A stretch of 64,000 nucleotides of DNA, from NCBI RefSeq assembly GCF_001194135.2, contig NC_068981.1:88927680-88991679 (forward strand), written 5' to 3'. The position numbers and the translations under genes were made by a program. This stretch comes from Octopus bimaculoides. Its lineage: Eukaryota. The notes under the pieces were generated by a model. That model searched no databases and had not been told where the DNA came from. It was given only the letters and a program-made list of their open reading frames with translations. This document shows, one piece after another, positions 52,113-64,000 of this stretch (the stretch's first letter is position 1; each line of letters begins with the position of its first letter).

Positions 52113-53700
52113 CTAACATGCTGGGGAAAAGACTTAGCGGCATTTCGTCCATCTTTTCGCTGTGAGTTCAAATGTTACCGAGGTAGATTATGCCTTTCAT
52201 CCTTCGAGATCGATAAAATAAGCGCTAGACGTAACCCCTCCTTCAGACTGCTGGGTTTGTGCCAAATTTGAAACCATATAGGCAGTGAGTGACCAGAATT
52301 GTTAGCATGCCGGTGAAAAATGCTTAGCGATATTTCGTTCGTCTTTACGTTCTAAGTTCAAATTCTGCCATGGTCCACTTTACTTGTCATCCTTTTGGTA
52401 ATCAATAAAATACGTACCTGTTTAGTACTAGAGTCGATGTGATTGATTTAATCCATATTCCGATCTTGCTGTCCTTGTGCCATAAATTGAAATAATGGTC
52501 ATTATATCAATAATCCTTTCTACAATTGGCACAAAGCCGGAAATTTGGGAGGAGGGGATGAGTCGATTAGATCGACGCCAGTATGCAAATGGTACTTAAT
52601 TTATCGACCCGGAATTTGAACTCAGAACGTAGCGACAAGCGAAATACCACTAAGCATTTCGTCTAGCGTGCTACCGATTCTACCAGCTCGCCGCCTAATG
52701 ATGGTAATAATAATAATAATTATTATTAAGGCAACGAGCTGACAGAATCGTTAGCACACTGGACGAAATGCTTAACGGTATTTCGCCCGTCACTACGTTC
52801 TGAGTTCAAATTCCGCCGAGGTCAACTTTGCCTTTCAGCCCTTCGGAGTCGATACATTAGGTACCAGTGAAACACCCGGGTCGATTTAATTAACTGGTCC
52901 TCTTCCCTAAAATTTCAAGCCTTGTACCTTTAGCAGAAAGGATTATTATCATTATTAATGTAGCGAGTTGGCAGAACCCTTAGCACGTTGGGCAAAATTC
53001 TTTCTGTTTTTTTGGCGGTCTTTACGCCTTGAGTTCTAACACTGCCGAGGTCGATTTTGACTTTCATCCTTTAGGGGACGATAAAATATGCACCAGTTGA
53101 GCATTGGAGTCGTTGTAATCGACTTAGCCACTCCGCTGAATCTGCTGGCCTTGCGCCAACATTTGAAAACATTATTATTAATAAGTTAACTGTGTGGTAA
53201 GTAGCTTGCTTACCAACCACATGGTTCCGGGTTCAGTTCCACTGCGTGGCATCTTGGGCAAGTGTCTTCTACTATAGCCTCGGGCCGACCAAAGCCTTGT
53301 GAGTGGATTTGGTAGACGGAAACTGAAAGAAGCCCGTCGTATATATGTATATATCTATATGTGTGTGTGTCTGTGTTTGTCCCCCCAATATTGCTTGACA
53401 ACCGATGCTGGTGTGTTTACGTCCCCGTAACCCAGCGGTTCGGCAAAAGAGACCGATAGAATAAGTACTAGGCTTCCAAAGAATAAGTCCTGGGGTCGAT
53501 TTGCTCGACTAAAGGCGGTGCTCCAGCATGGCCGCAGTCAAATGACTGAAACAAGTAAAAGAGTAAAGAGTAAGAGTAAGTTGTCAGAATTTTTAGCGTC
53601 TCAGACAGAATGCGCCGCAGTAATTCTTGCGGCTATTTTTATAATATGTTCTAATACTGCCGAGGACAACTTTTGCCTTTCATCCATTCTGTGAAGTTTA
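52113..53700. mobile_element. Dense SINE cluster: A(+), A(+), A(-), A(+), A(+), B(+), partial A(+)
   Basis: Approximate copies at 52113-52275, 52280-52495, 52514-52696(-), 52728-52945, 52957-53170, 53192-53580 (B), 53580-53700. Confidence 0.88.
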
Positions 53701-53773
53701 TCTATATTGGAAATTATTTGGGTAGGCTGCATTGTTGAAGTGAATTGACCGGAATAGTTTCTGACCTAAAGAG

Positions 53774-53967
53774 TGATACTGTATCTGCATGCTAAGTGTA
53801 TTTATGTGCAGATATGCCTTTGGCGTATACATAAGTATTCGTGTGTATATATCAATGAATATATGCATATATGCATATATGCACATAATAATGAAAATGA
53901 ATATGTGTTATTAATCACTGTATAAACACACACAAAAACACCTCACACATATATACACACACACAAA
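53774..53967 (+). repeat. About 190-bp direct repeat, copy 2
   Basis: Same sequence as 51477-51670 with small indels. Confidence 0.9.
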
Positions 53968-55297
53968 CATTAACTAGTAGCGCGACATTTGGGACTGAGG
54001 TCTACAATAGGGTGTGGAAAGCAAGAAAATGTGCTTCGATCAGCAAAGTATTACACAAGGATTAATATCGACAGAGGTGTACAAAGCAGAGGAATTCTAC
54101 AAATTTGGAGGTGATTTTCATGACGAGCTGGATGCAATCTTAATTGGCAAGAGTCCCTGCAAGTCAAGTAATTTATGAAAGCGTACATAGCTTTCATGAT
54201 AATTTATGTCTAAAAGTTGTGATGGTCGACAAACGCTTCAAGGTTGCCGATAATAGATGAATTGATAACGGTGTTGTAAGCAGGTTTGCTTGTGAGTCAC
54301 CTAGGTATCTTTGGATTGCAAACTTTAGTTGTATGGAGAATGTCAAGAGACATACGCAGGTGAATTATGTTATTCACTAGCTTAGTTATCGCATATTTGT
54401 CAGAATTGCAGTAAATTTTCTGCCAATAAGAGTCAGCGTATAAATAACGTAGCTCCGACCAGTTATCTGATTCCAAGCGCTAGATGTTAGCTTGGTTTGA
54501 GGATCAATAATATATGGAGAGCAAAGGTGATAGTCAATGATACGAGTAGGAGGGGAGAACGTTTGCTCTGATATTACAGAATCTTCTGAAAGTAAGAGGC
54601 TTTAATAATCACTGAGCTAATTTTGTTTTCGGAAACAGACTTGTATTAAGTAGTCTGAATATCAAGTAATCGGTTCAGTTTTCCTCATTGTTTCAACGTA
54701 GATAAGCTACGTGTGTGAAAAACGACATGAAATGTTTCAACGACAATAGATTTACTCTCGCACACGTAAATACAAAGTAAATAAGCTATTTTCATGAAAC
54801 GGTGACTATAATAATTAGTAGCACAAAATTCAGTCCAATTTTGACTACTTATGAATAATATTATAGTCATATTTTAACTTCGGCATAATAACAGTTAAAT
54901 ATATCTTATGCTTATACAACGAATGATAAAAGTGTTCTGTTTAAGATACTCCATTATGTTTATATTTTCGTTTTATCATAGAAATGAAAAAAATGTGTGG
55001 TTTCGGTTTATGTATCATGTATATATAGATATCACTGGCTATATATCGACTTGCATTAACGCTGCTTTGATGTATGATAAACTTAAAAGCCATTTGTAAA
55101 CAAATATATAAAATGGGAGTCAATCAAAGAAATTTTGTGCAGTTCATCAACCTGTTCAATATAGCGATCAAACACATTACCATTTGGTTAAGTTAGCGTT
55201 AACCCATTTAGTGCTAGGGGACACTAAAATTTCTAACAAGAAATAATCATGAGTTGAGAAAAAGCATATTATTCAATTAATAATATCTATATTAAAT

Positions 55298-55865
55298 AAG
55301 GCGGCGAGCTAGCGGAATCGTTAGCTCGGTGGGCAAAATGCTCAAAATACGTTCTAAGTTCAAACGTTGCCGAGGTCAGCTTTGCTTTTCAGCCTTTCAG
55401 AGTCGATGCAATAAGTACCAGTTGAGCACAGCGTTCGTTGTAATCAACTTGCTCCCTCCATGAAAACTTCAAGGCTTGTGCCTATAACAGAAAGGAATAG
55501 TTATATTAATTAAATAAGGCAGTGAGCTGGTAAAATGGTTGGCCCGCCAGGCAAAATACTTAGCAGCACCTGGGGCAATATCTTCCAGTGTCTTGTGACC
55601 AATGCCTTCGAAATGAATTTAGTAGCATTTAATATTAATGTAAATTCAAAGGTGGCGAGCTTGCACACTTGATAGCATGCCGGGCAAAATGCTGAGTGAC
55701 ATTTCATTCGTCTTTACTTTCAAAGTTCAAATTCCGCTGTGGTTGACTTTGCTCTTCACCCTCTCGCGGTCGGTCAAATAAGTACTAGTCGAATACTGGG
55801 GTCGATGTAATCGACTTAGATTCTTCCTTAAATTGCTGACTTTGTGTCAAAATTTAAGACCGATA
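55298..55865 (+). mobile_element. Three tandem SINE family A copies (one partial)
   Basis: Heads aaggcggcgagctag (55298), aaggcagtgagctgg (55516) and aaggtggcgagcttg (55649). Confidence 0.85.
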
Positions 55866-56814
55866 TTAATGAAAATTTAGTATTTTCTTTATTTATGCAG
55901 GGGATATTCCAAATAGAAATATATTTACATCGATTACAAAATAAACTCATCGATATTACCTATGCAGAACGGGTATGGCCTTGATGTTGATCATTTGCTG
56001 AAATTTTACTTTAACAAATATTCATATTTGTAAATTGGGAACTCTAAATTACTCGGTTTACTCGGAGCTGTAGATTGGTAGCATGCTAGAAAAGACGATT
56101 GGTAACATAAAATAACAAAACATCATCATCATAATCAACAACAACAAAGCATGCTACATAGACAGCCATATACGTATATCTCATCCAATAATCCCGTTAT
56201 ATGATTACCATTGCCACCATAATATCGATCATTCAACATTACTCTTGATCATCCGAGCTGTTGTATAGGAGGATTGGAGCATATCATTTCAAGCTCCACC
56301 ATATATACATGCATGTCTAAATCAGAATATATAACAGTTCATTAAAATATATTTATCAATATATTTATTATTTTTGATGGGAAGTGTGATCATGTACCAG
56401 GTTTCATGTGGAATGAGAACATATTTTCATCTTGGCACCTACAGTATTTTCTTTATTTGTTCCCACTTCGAATACCCAGTGTTTCAGTCAGTTTTTGCAG
56501 ATACTACTAGAATGAATTTATTCCTGGAGCTTTTATTTCTAAGGTATGGATACTTACGCCATTAAACACTGGTCCAGTGTTTTTGATTCTATGAAGACTA
56601 AAAAAGTGAGTGGAGTGGACTAATTGCTTTATCCAATACAAACGCTGCTTTCATTTGGGTCAAATGATTTCTGTGAAAAAGAATTTTCTACATAAGTAAA
56701 TATAAAATTTGTCAACAGGAAATTTGAAAGGTGACATACTAAGGATTCTACTCAAAAATCAATTTTATCATGAAACATAACCAACATTATTATATTTTAT
56801 ATTTCTCTACTTGT

Positions 56815-56995
56815 TAAGGCGGCGAATCGGCAGACTTGTTATAATGTTGGGAAACTTTCTGAGTTCAAATTCTGCCGCGGTCTACTTTGCTATTCATCAT
56901 TTCGGGGTCGATGAAATATGTACCAGTTGAAAATTGGGGGCCTATATTATCAATTCCCCCGAAAATTCTGGCCTTGTACCAAAAGTCGAAATCAA
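56815..56995 (+). mobile_element. SINE family A
   Basis: aaggcggcgaatcggcag..tctgagttcaaattctgccgcgg..tttcggggtcgatgaaat..gtaccagttga..ggccttgtacc. Confidence 0.82.
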
Positions 56996-58646
56996 TATTT
57001 CACTATATATATCTTCTTTCGGTTTAATTATGAACATTGTATTTCCAATATTTCATATTTTTCCAACACAAAAGAGCATAAAGATGACTTATATCGATGC
57101 AAACACTGCTTTGCCTTCTCATAAATTTGTCGGTTTGAGAACAGCTGCATTAGTCTACTGACGCATGTACTTTACAATACTTTTAGGTTAAATTAATTTT
57201 TCAGTCAAGAGTACTGTATTAATCTGATGTCAGTGCTGTGCTTAAGATTAGGTTATCAGGTAGCTCTATATGTACTGCTGGTTTAAATTCTCTATGTTTC
57301 CACTATGGTTTTTAATGTATTATTGAAATTCTATACACATAGTTTCTTTTTTTGTCCCACATATGTAAAGCCATTCTTGACTAAATGTTTCTTCTCTGAT
57401 TTGGGATTTTCAGTGTTTTACTATTCTTACCTCTTGCGGTTTCATAGTTCCTCATTCACAGTTTGTTTTCTAACTTAGAAAAATCAAATTGATATCTTAC
57501 AATGAGCTTGCTGACCCCCTCAATATGTCCAGCTCAATTTGTTTGTATATAATGAAATATAAACTAAATAACCGTAGCATAATACATCAATTGTACATGC
57601 GTTAGTGGCCTACGGAAAAGAGCATTACGAAATTTCACTTAAAAATAAGATTCGAATCCGAAACCAGTTCAGTGTTATGTACGTAAATAGGAATAATACA
57701 TTTGATGACAAATGAGGATCGAATCGTCTTACAGATCTAATTACTAAATCAAGATTTCATCTCTAAAGATAATGGCCCGAAGAATTATAATTGAACATAG
57801 TAGTTATCTGTCTGTTTCTTTTACTATTATACTCTTTCTCACATTTATTATTTCGCTTTTTACTCACCGGTTTTCTTGCTTACTCTTTCGATCATCTTCT
57901 CTTAATGACTTGGTAAAAGTTCAAAAGAGCTATGCCTCAACACTCTCATCAGGCTAATAGCCTACTTATAATAATGATTTCAAAGTAGATATTGCGTGTT
58001 ATTGTTGAAGCAAGCATAAGACAGTTGGAGATGTTATATTCCATCATGTGACTGTTTTAACCTTCCTAACATCACATAGCTTCATTATTAAATCTGAAAT
58101 TTCTCTCTAAAAGCTACAACTATGAATAATCTCCCTACATTTTGTGCTATGCACTAATGCCCCAACACATGAATATCCACACACATAGACACATTTGCAT
58201 ATACACAGACGTATATATGATTGATTGTGTACGTATATGTTTGCTGGTGTGTTTGCATGTTAGAAATGAAGCTAAAGATTCCATTTATCTTATATTTAAT
58301 GCAAGAAATTCAAGAAGTAATCACATGACCCACTCAACACGTTTTGTATATAAACACATCACAGTAAAAGTATAAAAAAGACAGTTTGTGCAGAGTGTTA
58401 TTGTAGATCTAGTTGATATTAACCCCACGTCAGCTTTATCGTGCAGACGTTAGAAAATTTCAGAAATGACCATCCTGCCGTTCTTAGGCAAAATATACCT
58501 TGCACCACATAGTGCACTTTGCATTTTTAAGATGATGTGATACGAAGTATATTTGGCTAATATTTATCGCTGGATGAGCGACCAAGTGGTTTGCAAGGTT
58601 TTGTTAATCATCCCCAGACTGGCAGCAATTTATTATATATATATAT

Positions 58647-58715
<69 letters not shown>

Positions 58716-59376
58716 AACACACACACACACTCACACACACATATACATAGATAGATGGATGCGCGCGTGCATGTGTAGCTTTAGAAGTAAATAAAATGTT
58801 TGCCATAAACTATAGGGCGTTCCTTGTTACTACCTTTACTGTTACTCTAGCGAAGTTTGGTACTAACAGACATGTTAAGCATTGTCGCGAAGAATGTACC
58901 GACGCTTTCGTATGCTAATAGATTGATATTCCGTTTATTAAATTGAAGTTCCATTTTCATTCGCACTCATTCGGAATATTAATAGGATTATAAAACGTGG
59001 ATAAAAAATATAGTTCATTTGAATTTACGATGAATAAGACACGGTGGACAAGATTAACGGCAGAGTGAGTTTATCTTGGTTTCTCAGCTTGTGTGCAAGA
59101 TTCTCCTTCCACTCTATCTGAAGAAATTGTATGGCCAGGATCAATGATGTTGATGATGCTGAAATCTCATCAATTCTATAAACGCTCATATTTGGGCAGT
59201 TTCCAATCATGTGTTTATGATATATTATACTTTTAATCACGGACAGTGCAGCTGTAATTTTCTTAGAGACAACAATATTTTCATATCGCATCAGACATGA
59301 CTCCAAAGCCTGTTAATTTCTCTCCGCTCTTTTGCACACACAAATATGAAGCGCACACGTATCTGTGTGAATAGTC

Positions 59377-59860
59377 ACAAGCGTAAGTGTATGGTCGATA
59401 AGCTTCTTTAGCAACAGTGTGGCCTTGCGTTCAGTCCGATTACACGGCACTTTTAGCAAGTATCTTCTACTACAGCCTCGGGACGACCACAACCCTTTAG
59501 TAGATTTAGTAGATGGAAACTGAAAGAAGCCTTCGTATATATATATATATATATGTATATACATATATATATGGAAACTTGAGCATGTGTCTTCTACTAT
59601 AGTCTCGGGCCGACCTAAGAAGCCCGTCGTATATGTGTGTGTGTGTGTGTATTCGTATATGTGTGTCTGTGTTTGTCCCCCCACCATCGTTTGACGGTCG
59701 ATGTTAGTGTGTTTACGCCCCGGCAAAAGAGATTGATAGAATAAGTATTAGGCTTACAAAAGAAAAGGTGCGGGGTTCGATTTGTTCGACTAAAGGCGTT
59801 GCTCCAGCATGGCCGCAGTGAAATGACTGAAACAAATAAAAGAATAAAAAAGAATAAAAG
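59377..59860 (+). mobile_element. SINE family B with a duplicated internal segment
   Basis: Head/body to aaactgaaagaagcc, (TA)n, repeated gtgtcttctactatagtctcgggccgacc..aagaagcccgtcg, then the normal 3' half and aaagaataa tail. Confidence 0.85.
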
Positions 59861-59888
59861 AATATATATATATATAGTCTGTCATACC

Positions 59889-59928
59889 GGCCATGACGAA
59901 GGGAAATAGCCCTGAAACTCGAGTCGCC
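59889..59928 (+). ncRNA. Minimal type-I hammerhead ribozyme with a 1-nt core insertion
   Basis: ggc-C(A)TGACGA-AGGG(aaatag)CCCT-GAAAC-tcga-GTC-gcc; stem I ggc/gcc, 4-bp stem II, palindromic tcga loop, GUC triplet; in an insert between (TA)n tracts. Confidence 0.7.
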
Positions 59929-60229
59929 TTTATATATTTATATTTATATTTATATATTTGATCTTTTATATTGAACACTCAATATTTCATCTACATTCAA
60001 TACTTTATTTCATGGTGCCATCCATTTTTATTTTATTTTATTTTATATTATATATTGTATATTATATTATATATTGTATATTCCATATTCTATACCCCAC
60101 ATTGGTTCTGCAGGAATATAAATAAAACATAAAAAACAGACAGTGTTGGAACTCTTTTAAACAAAATAATATATTCCTCTATACACAATCATACAAAAAA
60201 ACCACCTTTTTTGTATTTATTTTTACTCG

Positions 60230-60266
<37 letters not shown>

Positions 60267-60571
60267 TAGAGAAAAAAACCCACAAATATTTAATTCATCC
60301 ATGAAAATCCACAATCACATATAGAAAAAATTAATAAGTAAATACACTAAAAAGACCTATAATAAAAATCAAAAAAGTACCAAGTAATAAACGTAACAGG
60401 TACCTTGAGCGCCAACGTTAATCCGTCGCTCAGTTTAGTTCTGTCTATGTTCTTCCTGAGTACGTGTATTAGAGTTCACGTTGCGGCAAGTATTCATGTT
60501 AAGTCCTTGGTTTAGTCCTACCAATCTTGAAGTGAGTGTGGTGTGGGTAGTGTTTGTGTGTGTGTGTGTGT

Positions 60572-60645
<74 letters not shown>

Positions 60646-63600
60646 CGTGTGTGCATGCGTGTGAGTGTGTGTGTGTATTGTGTGTGTTTGTTTGTGTGTG
60701 TGTGTGTGTGTGTTTCAGGGTAGATGAAATAAAAAAGGAAGGTATTGTGGAGATTGCGAGAAAAGAGTAAGAAAACATGTTAGAATGACTGTAGTGTGAT
60801 GACAATTTAAATGATTTTCTGGGAGAATCTAATCTGCTATAGATTAGATTCAATTCATTCTCTCTTTCACACAAACGCGTGCGCAAATAAAGGCATGCAT
60901 ATATATGACTATGTGCTGTGTATGTGTTAGTCTGTATAAGCAGGTATGTGTACAGGGATGTGTGTATGCTAAATACATGCACACACGAATGCGTACATGT
61001 TGTGTATGTTAATTTAGTAAAAATAAAAAGTGCTTGTTTTACAGATTATGCGAATATTTATATCTAGATAATTTATTATAATAAGTTATTTCTAAACAGA
61101 ATATTCTTCAGTCTAATACTTGTATTTTAAAGTTATATACTTGTTGTCATTTCGTATTGCTCGAAAAATGTTCTCAGATCACGTTTATTATATCACTGAA
61201 AGTGACAATATCCCCACTGGGATATAACTAGACGACATAAAATTTCTATTAGCTCATGTTTTATATGATAACGACTATGTAAATTTGAAAGACCAAAGAA
61301 AAGGAAAATATTCTGAATCTCGTAAAATATGTGTTTGATGTACAGTCATTTTGATCTTGCTTCTTATGATATCGCTTCTATTTAAAGTACGAACCGGATT
61401 ATTATTTTGTGAATAGTAAAAGAAAAAGACACACTCAACATGCTCTTTAACATGTCTACCGCTATAGATTTCATGATGTCAGTCTGGCAGTACAAACACC
61501 AAAGATCGATAAGATAAGTGCAAGAATTTAGTGATATATTGGCAACAGCCGTGTTTAGCAAATCACCTCTAAAGCGATCGAACATAAGAATATTAAAAGT
61601 GGAATTTTATTTACTATTTGCTTTACAAGTTTCGTACTTCAGTGCATAAAGCGAAAGTGTTTGGCTTTCGGTAAGTAATCTATGAGTGGTTTCAAGTCCT
61701 TGTTCAAACCATTTTAGTTCATTTTCGCATAATAACGTACTCAGTAGGGGTGAATAACACCTCACTATTATTTTCGTTTTCCATTTAGTTTATTTGAGAC
61801 AATGCTCACATATAAAAGCAGCGGCAACAAAATGAATATTGTAATTGTTGTATATATTCTTTTTAATGCTACTAAATATACTACGGGGTAACGAAATTAT
61901 TATGTACAGTTTCTTGACACTTTAGATAATGCAGCTAAATCCTTTTCAAATAAAGGCAAATCCTCATACGTTAGATAATGGAGTCCTAAATACACTGTCT
62001 AAAAGTTTCTGAAAATAAGATGCCTTTGATTATAAAGAATGTTGAATCAGGAATTACCTGGATTTAATAGCAACAATATTAGCAGCAGAATTAAAAGAAA
62101 AATTGTAGATTTACATATATGTCTTCATGAAACAAGTCGCTGCATCAACAGAGAAATTAGACGATGTACGTCGTTATATGCAATGTCAAGTTGGTTGATA
62201 ATGCCTGTGCAGGGTTTTAATTGAAAAGAATTCCTCCTTATCTTTCTAGATATTAAGAAAAACCAATAATATGACACAAAGTAATGATTATAAGAAATAG
62301 TTGCTTGGAGAGTTATACATTACAATATTTAATTAAACGAATTATGCTTATTGAAAACGTAACTAAAAATTAAATAAATAATTTCGTCTTCACATAAGTT
62401 TTAATCAATATAATTCATTTTTTTTCCTTGTGAATCTTGATAGGATAAATACCATCGCAGACTCAGACGACTCCAAACACTATTTACAGCATAATTAGAT
62501 TTCATTGAACTATATTTTTGTTAGCTGCTACGACAGCTCTTCCAACTCTGAAGCGATTACAATATATGACGCTATTAAATTAATCATAGGGAATGTACTC
62601 TTTTCTTAGTCAAATTTTAAGTTCCTGTTCACTTCAAAGGCAATTATCTACTTCAAAAGATACCACCCTTCAGCCTAACCCTTCGGTCGGAGGTTTCACC
62701 TCAATACAATATCATTAAATATCTACATGTACTCTTGATCAATTTTCGGTCACAGGTTGCAGATATTTCACAGGAAATAAATTGTTAACATCTATACAAC
62801 TTCACAACTTGTAATTTATTTTTCCTTACATCAATCTAAAGCCTTGAAATCTCTTTCATTGTGTGTACTATTGAGGAATGATCAAACATTTCTTGTAGCT
62901 TGTCAAAGATGTATTGAAAGACATCTTGCCGAAAAATGTTAACTCAACCATATTTTAATGCTAACTCCAGTAGTAACCGTTCATATGACGGTGACCCAGG
63001 GCGGCGAACGAAGGTCAATTAAGAAGTTTCAAGTTACTAAAGAGGATGGAAAACGTAAAAACATTTGTCCACAAACTTTAATGTGTTTGGAGTGTGTTTT
63101 ACTTGAGTGTTAACAAGATATTAGCTTGAATGCCGCGTCAATTTTGCAGCGTTTGTTGGAAATTTATGGATATTACTAAGTTTAGATAGTTCTTTTTAAT
63201 ATGTTAACTACTTTGCTTTTGAATAACTAACAAAAGAACGATGAGTTTAATTTCTGAAATGTTTAATAAAATATACACAGAACAACATTTTGATAGGAAG
63301 ATGAAAGAAAAGAACGGCAATGGTTCAGGTAAAAAGAAAAAAAAGAAGGTATTTTATCATCAACGATAAAAATAACAGTTTAAAACGATAAAAGTAAATG
63401 CTTTTGAGATAAAGTATCACAGTAAGTGATTTTGTTGTGTAATAGAAACCAAGCTTCAATGAAATTAGGAGGAAAACGGAAAATAAATACATAGATGATA
63501 ATGTTGTTATGTAAAATCGATAGTGAGTTAAGTAAAAATACAAACAAAATAGCCAAACAATGAAAGTGAGAGTGAAAGTAAGAGAGCCGTTAGATAAGGC

Positions 63601-64000
63601 CAATAAAAAATCTTTTGGGTGATAAGCAGTAAATCTGAAGGAAATATTAGAAAATAACCCAAAGAACTTATGAAAGTACACAGCGTGTCGGATTTCTTAA
63701 ATGCACAAGGAATATAATTAGGACATTGATCAGGTAGGTTAATGTACTATATACAGTAAGGTAGAATGTTGCAACATACTTGCCAAAATATATGGTATTT
63801 TATCAACTTGCCGATATGAGCTTTTTTATTTCTTATATCTACATGTTTATGGAAATTGTAAGAAACGAGAGATGCTACGTCGTGATTTCTAAAAGATTTT
63901 GCATTTTAAACTATGTTCAATTTCAACATTAATATTTCTTGTTTTTATACTTATCATCTGACATAGGGCATGAAGTCTAAGATTTTTAAAGATTTCATGA

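Noticed and set aside
59025-59306. 93-aa minus-strand ORF
   Set aside because: No recognisable motif and no convincing splice sites; consistent with chance.

Overview
AT-rich, repeat-dense animal (eukaryotic) genomic DNA from a gapped scaffold with 10 N-runs. The microsatellite load and the SINE/LINE repertoire suggest a coleoid cephalopod such as Octopus (inference). No host gene can be confidently recognised; only a few candidate spliced exons were found. Most ORFs in the supplied track are microsatellite or N-gap artefacts. Recognisable content: (1) a near-intact piggyBac (PGBD3-like) transposase with an intact DDD triad, two +1 slips in A-runs and a strong splice acceptor directly before its ATG; (2) several diverged R4/Dong-type RLE LINE copies with five different C-termini, all sitting in (TAA)n tracts, including two internally deleted copies whose 5' module ends at the same junction; (3) at least five tRNA-headed SINE families (informal labels A-E), one of which appears to carry a minimal hammerhead ribozyme and hosts a three-level nested insertion; (4) further minimal type-I hammerhead motifs in foldback-rich Penelope-like remnants inserted in (TA)n; (5) Helitron, Tc1 and pogo/Tigger-MITE fragments. 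No CRISPR array, rRNA or genuine tRNA gene is supported. Repeat boundaries were read by eye and are approximate to about 10-20 bp unless a motif is quoted.
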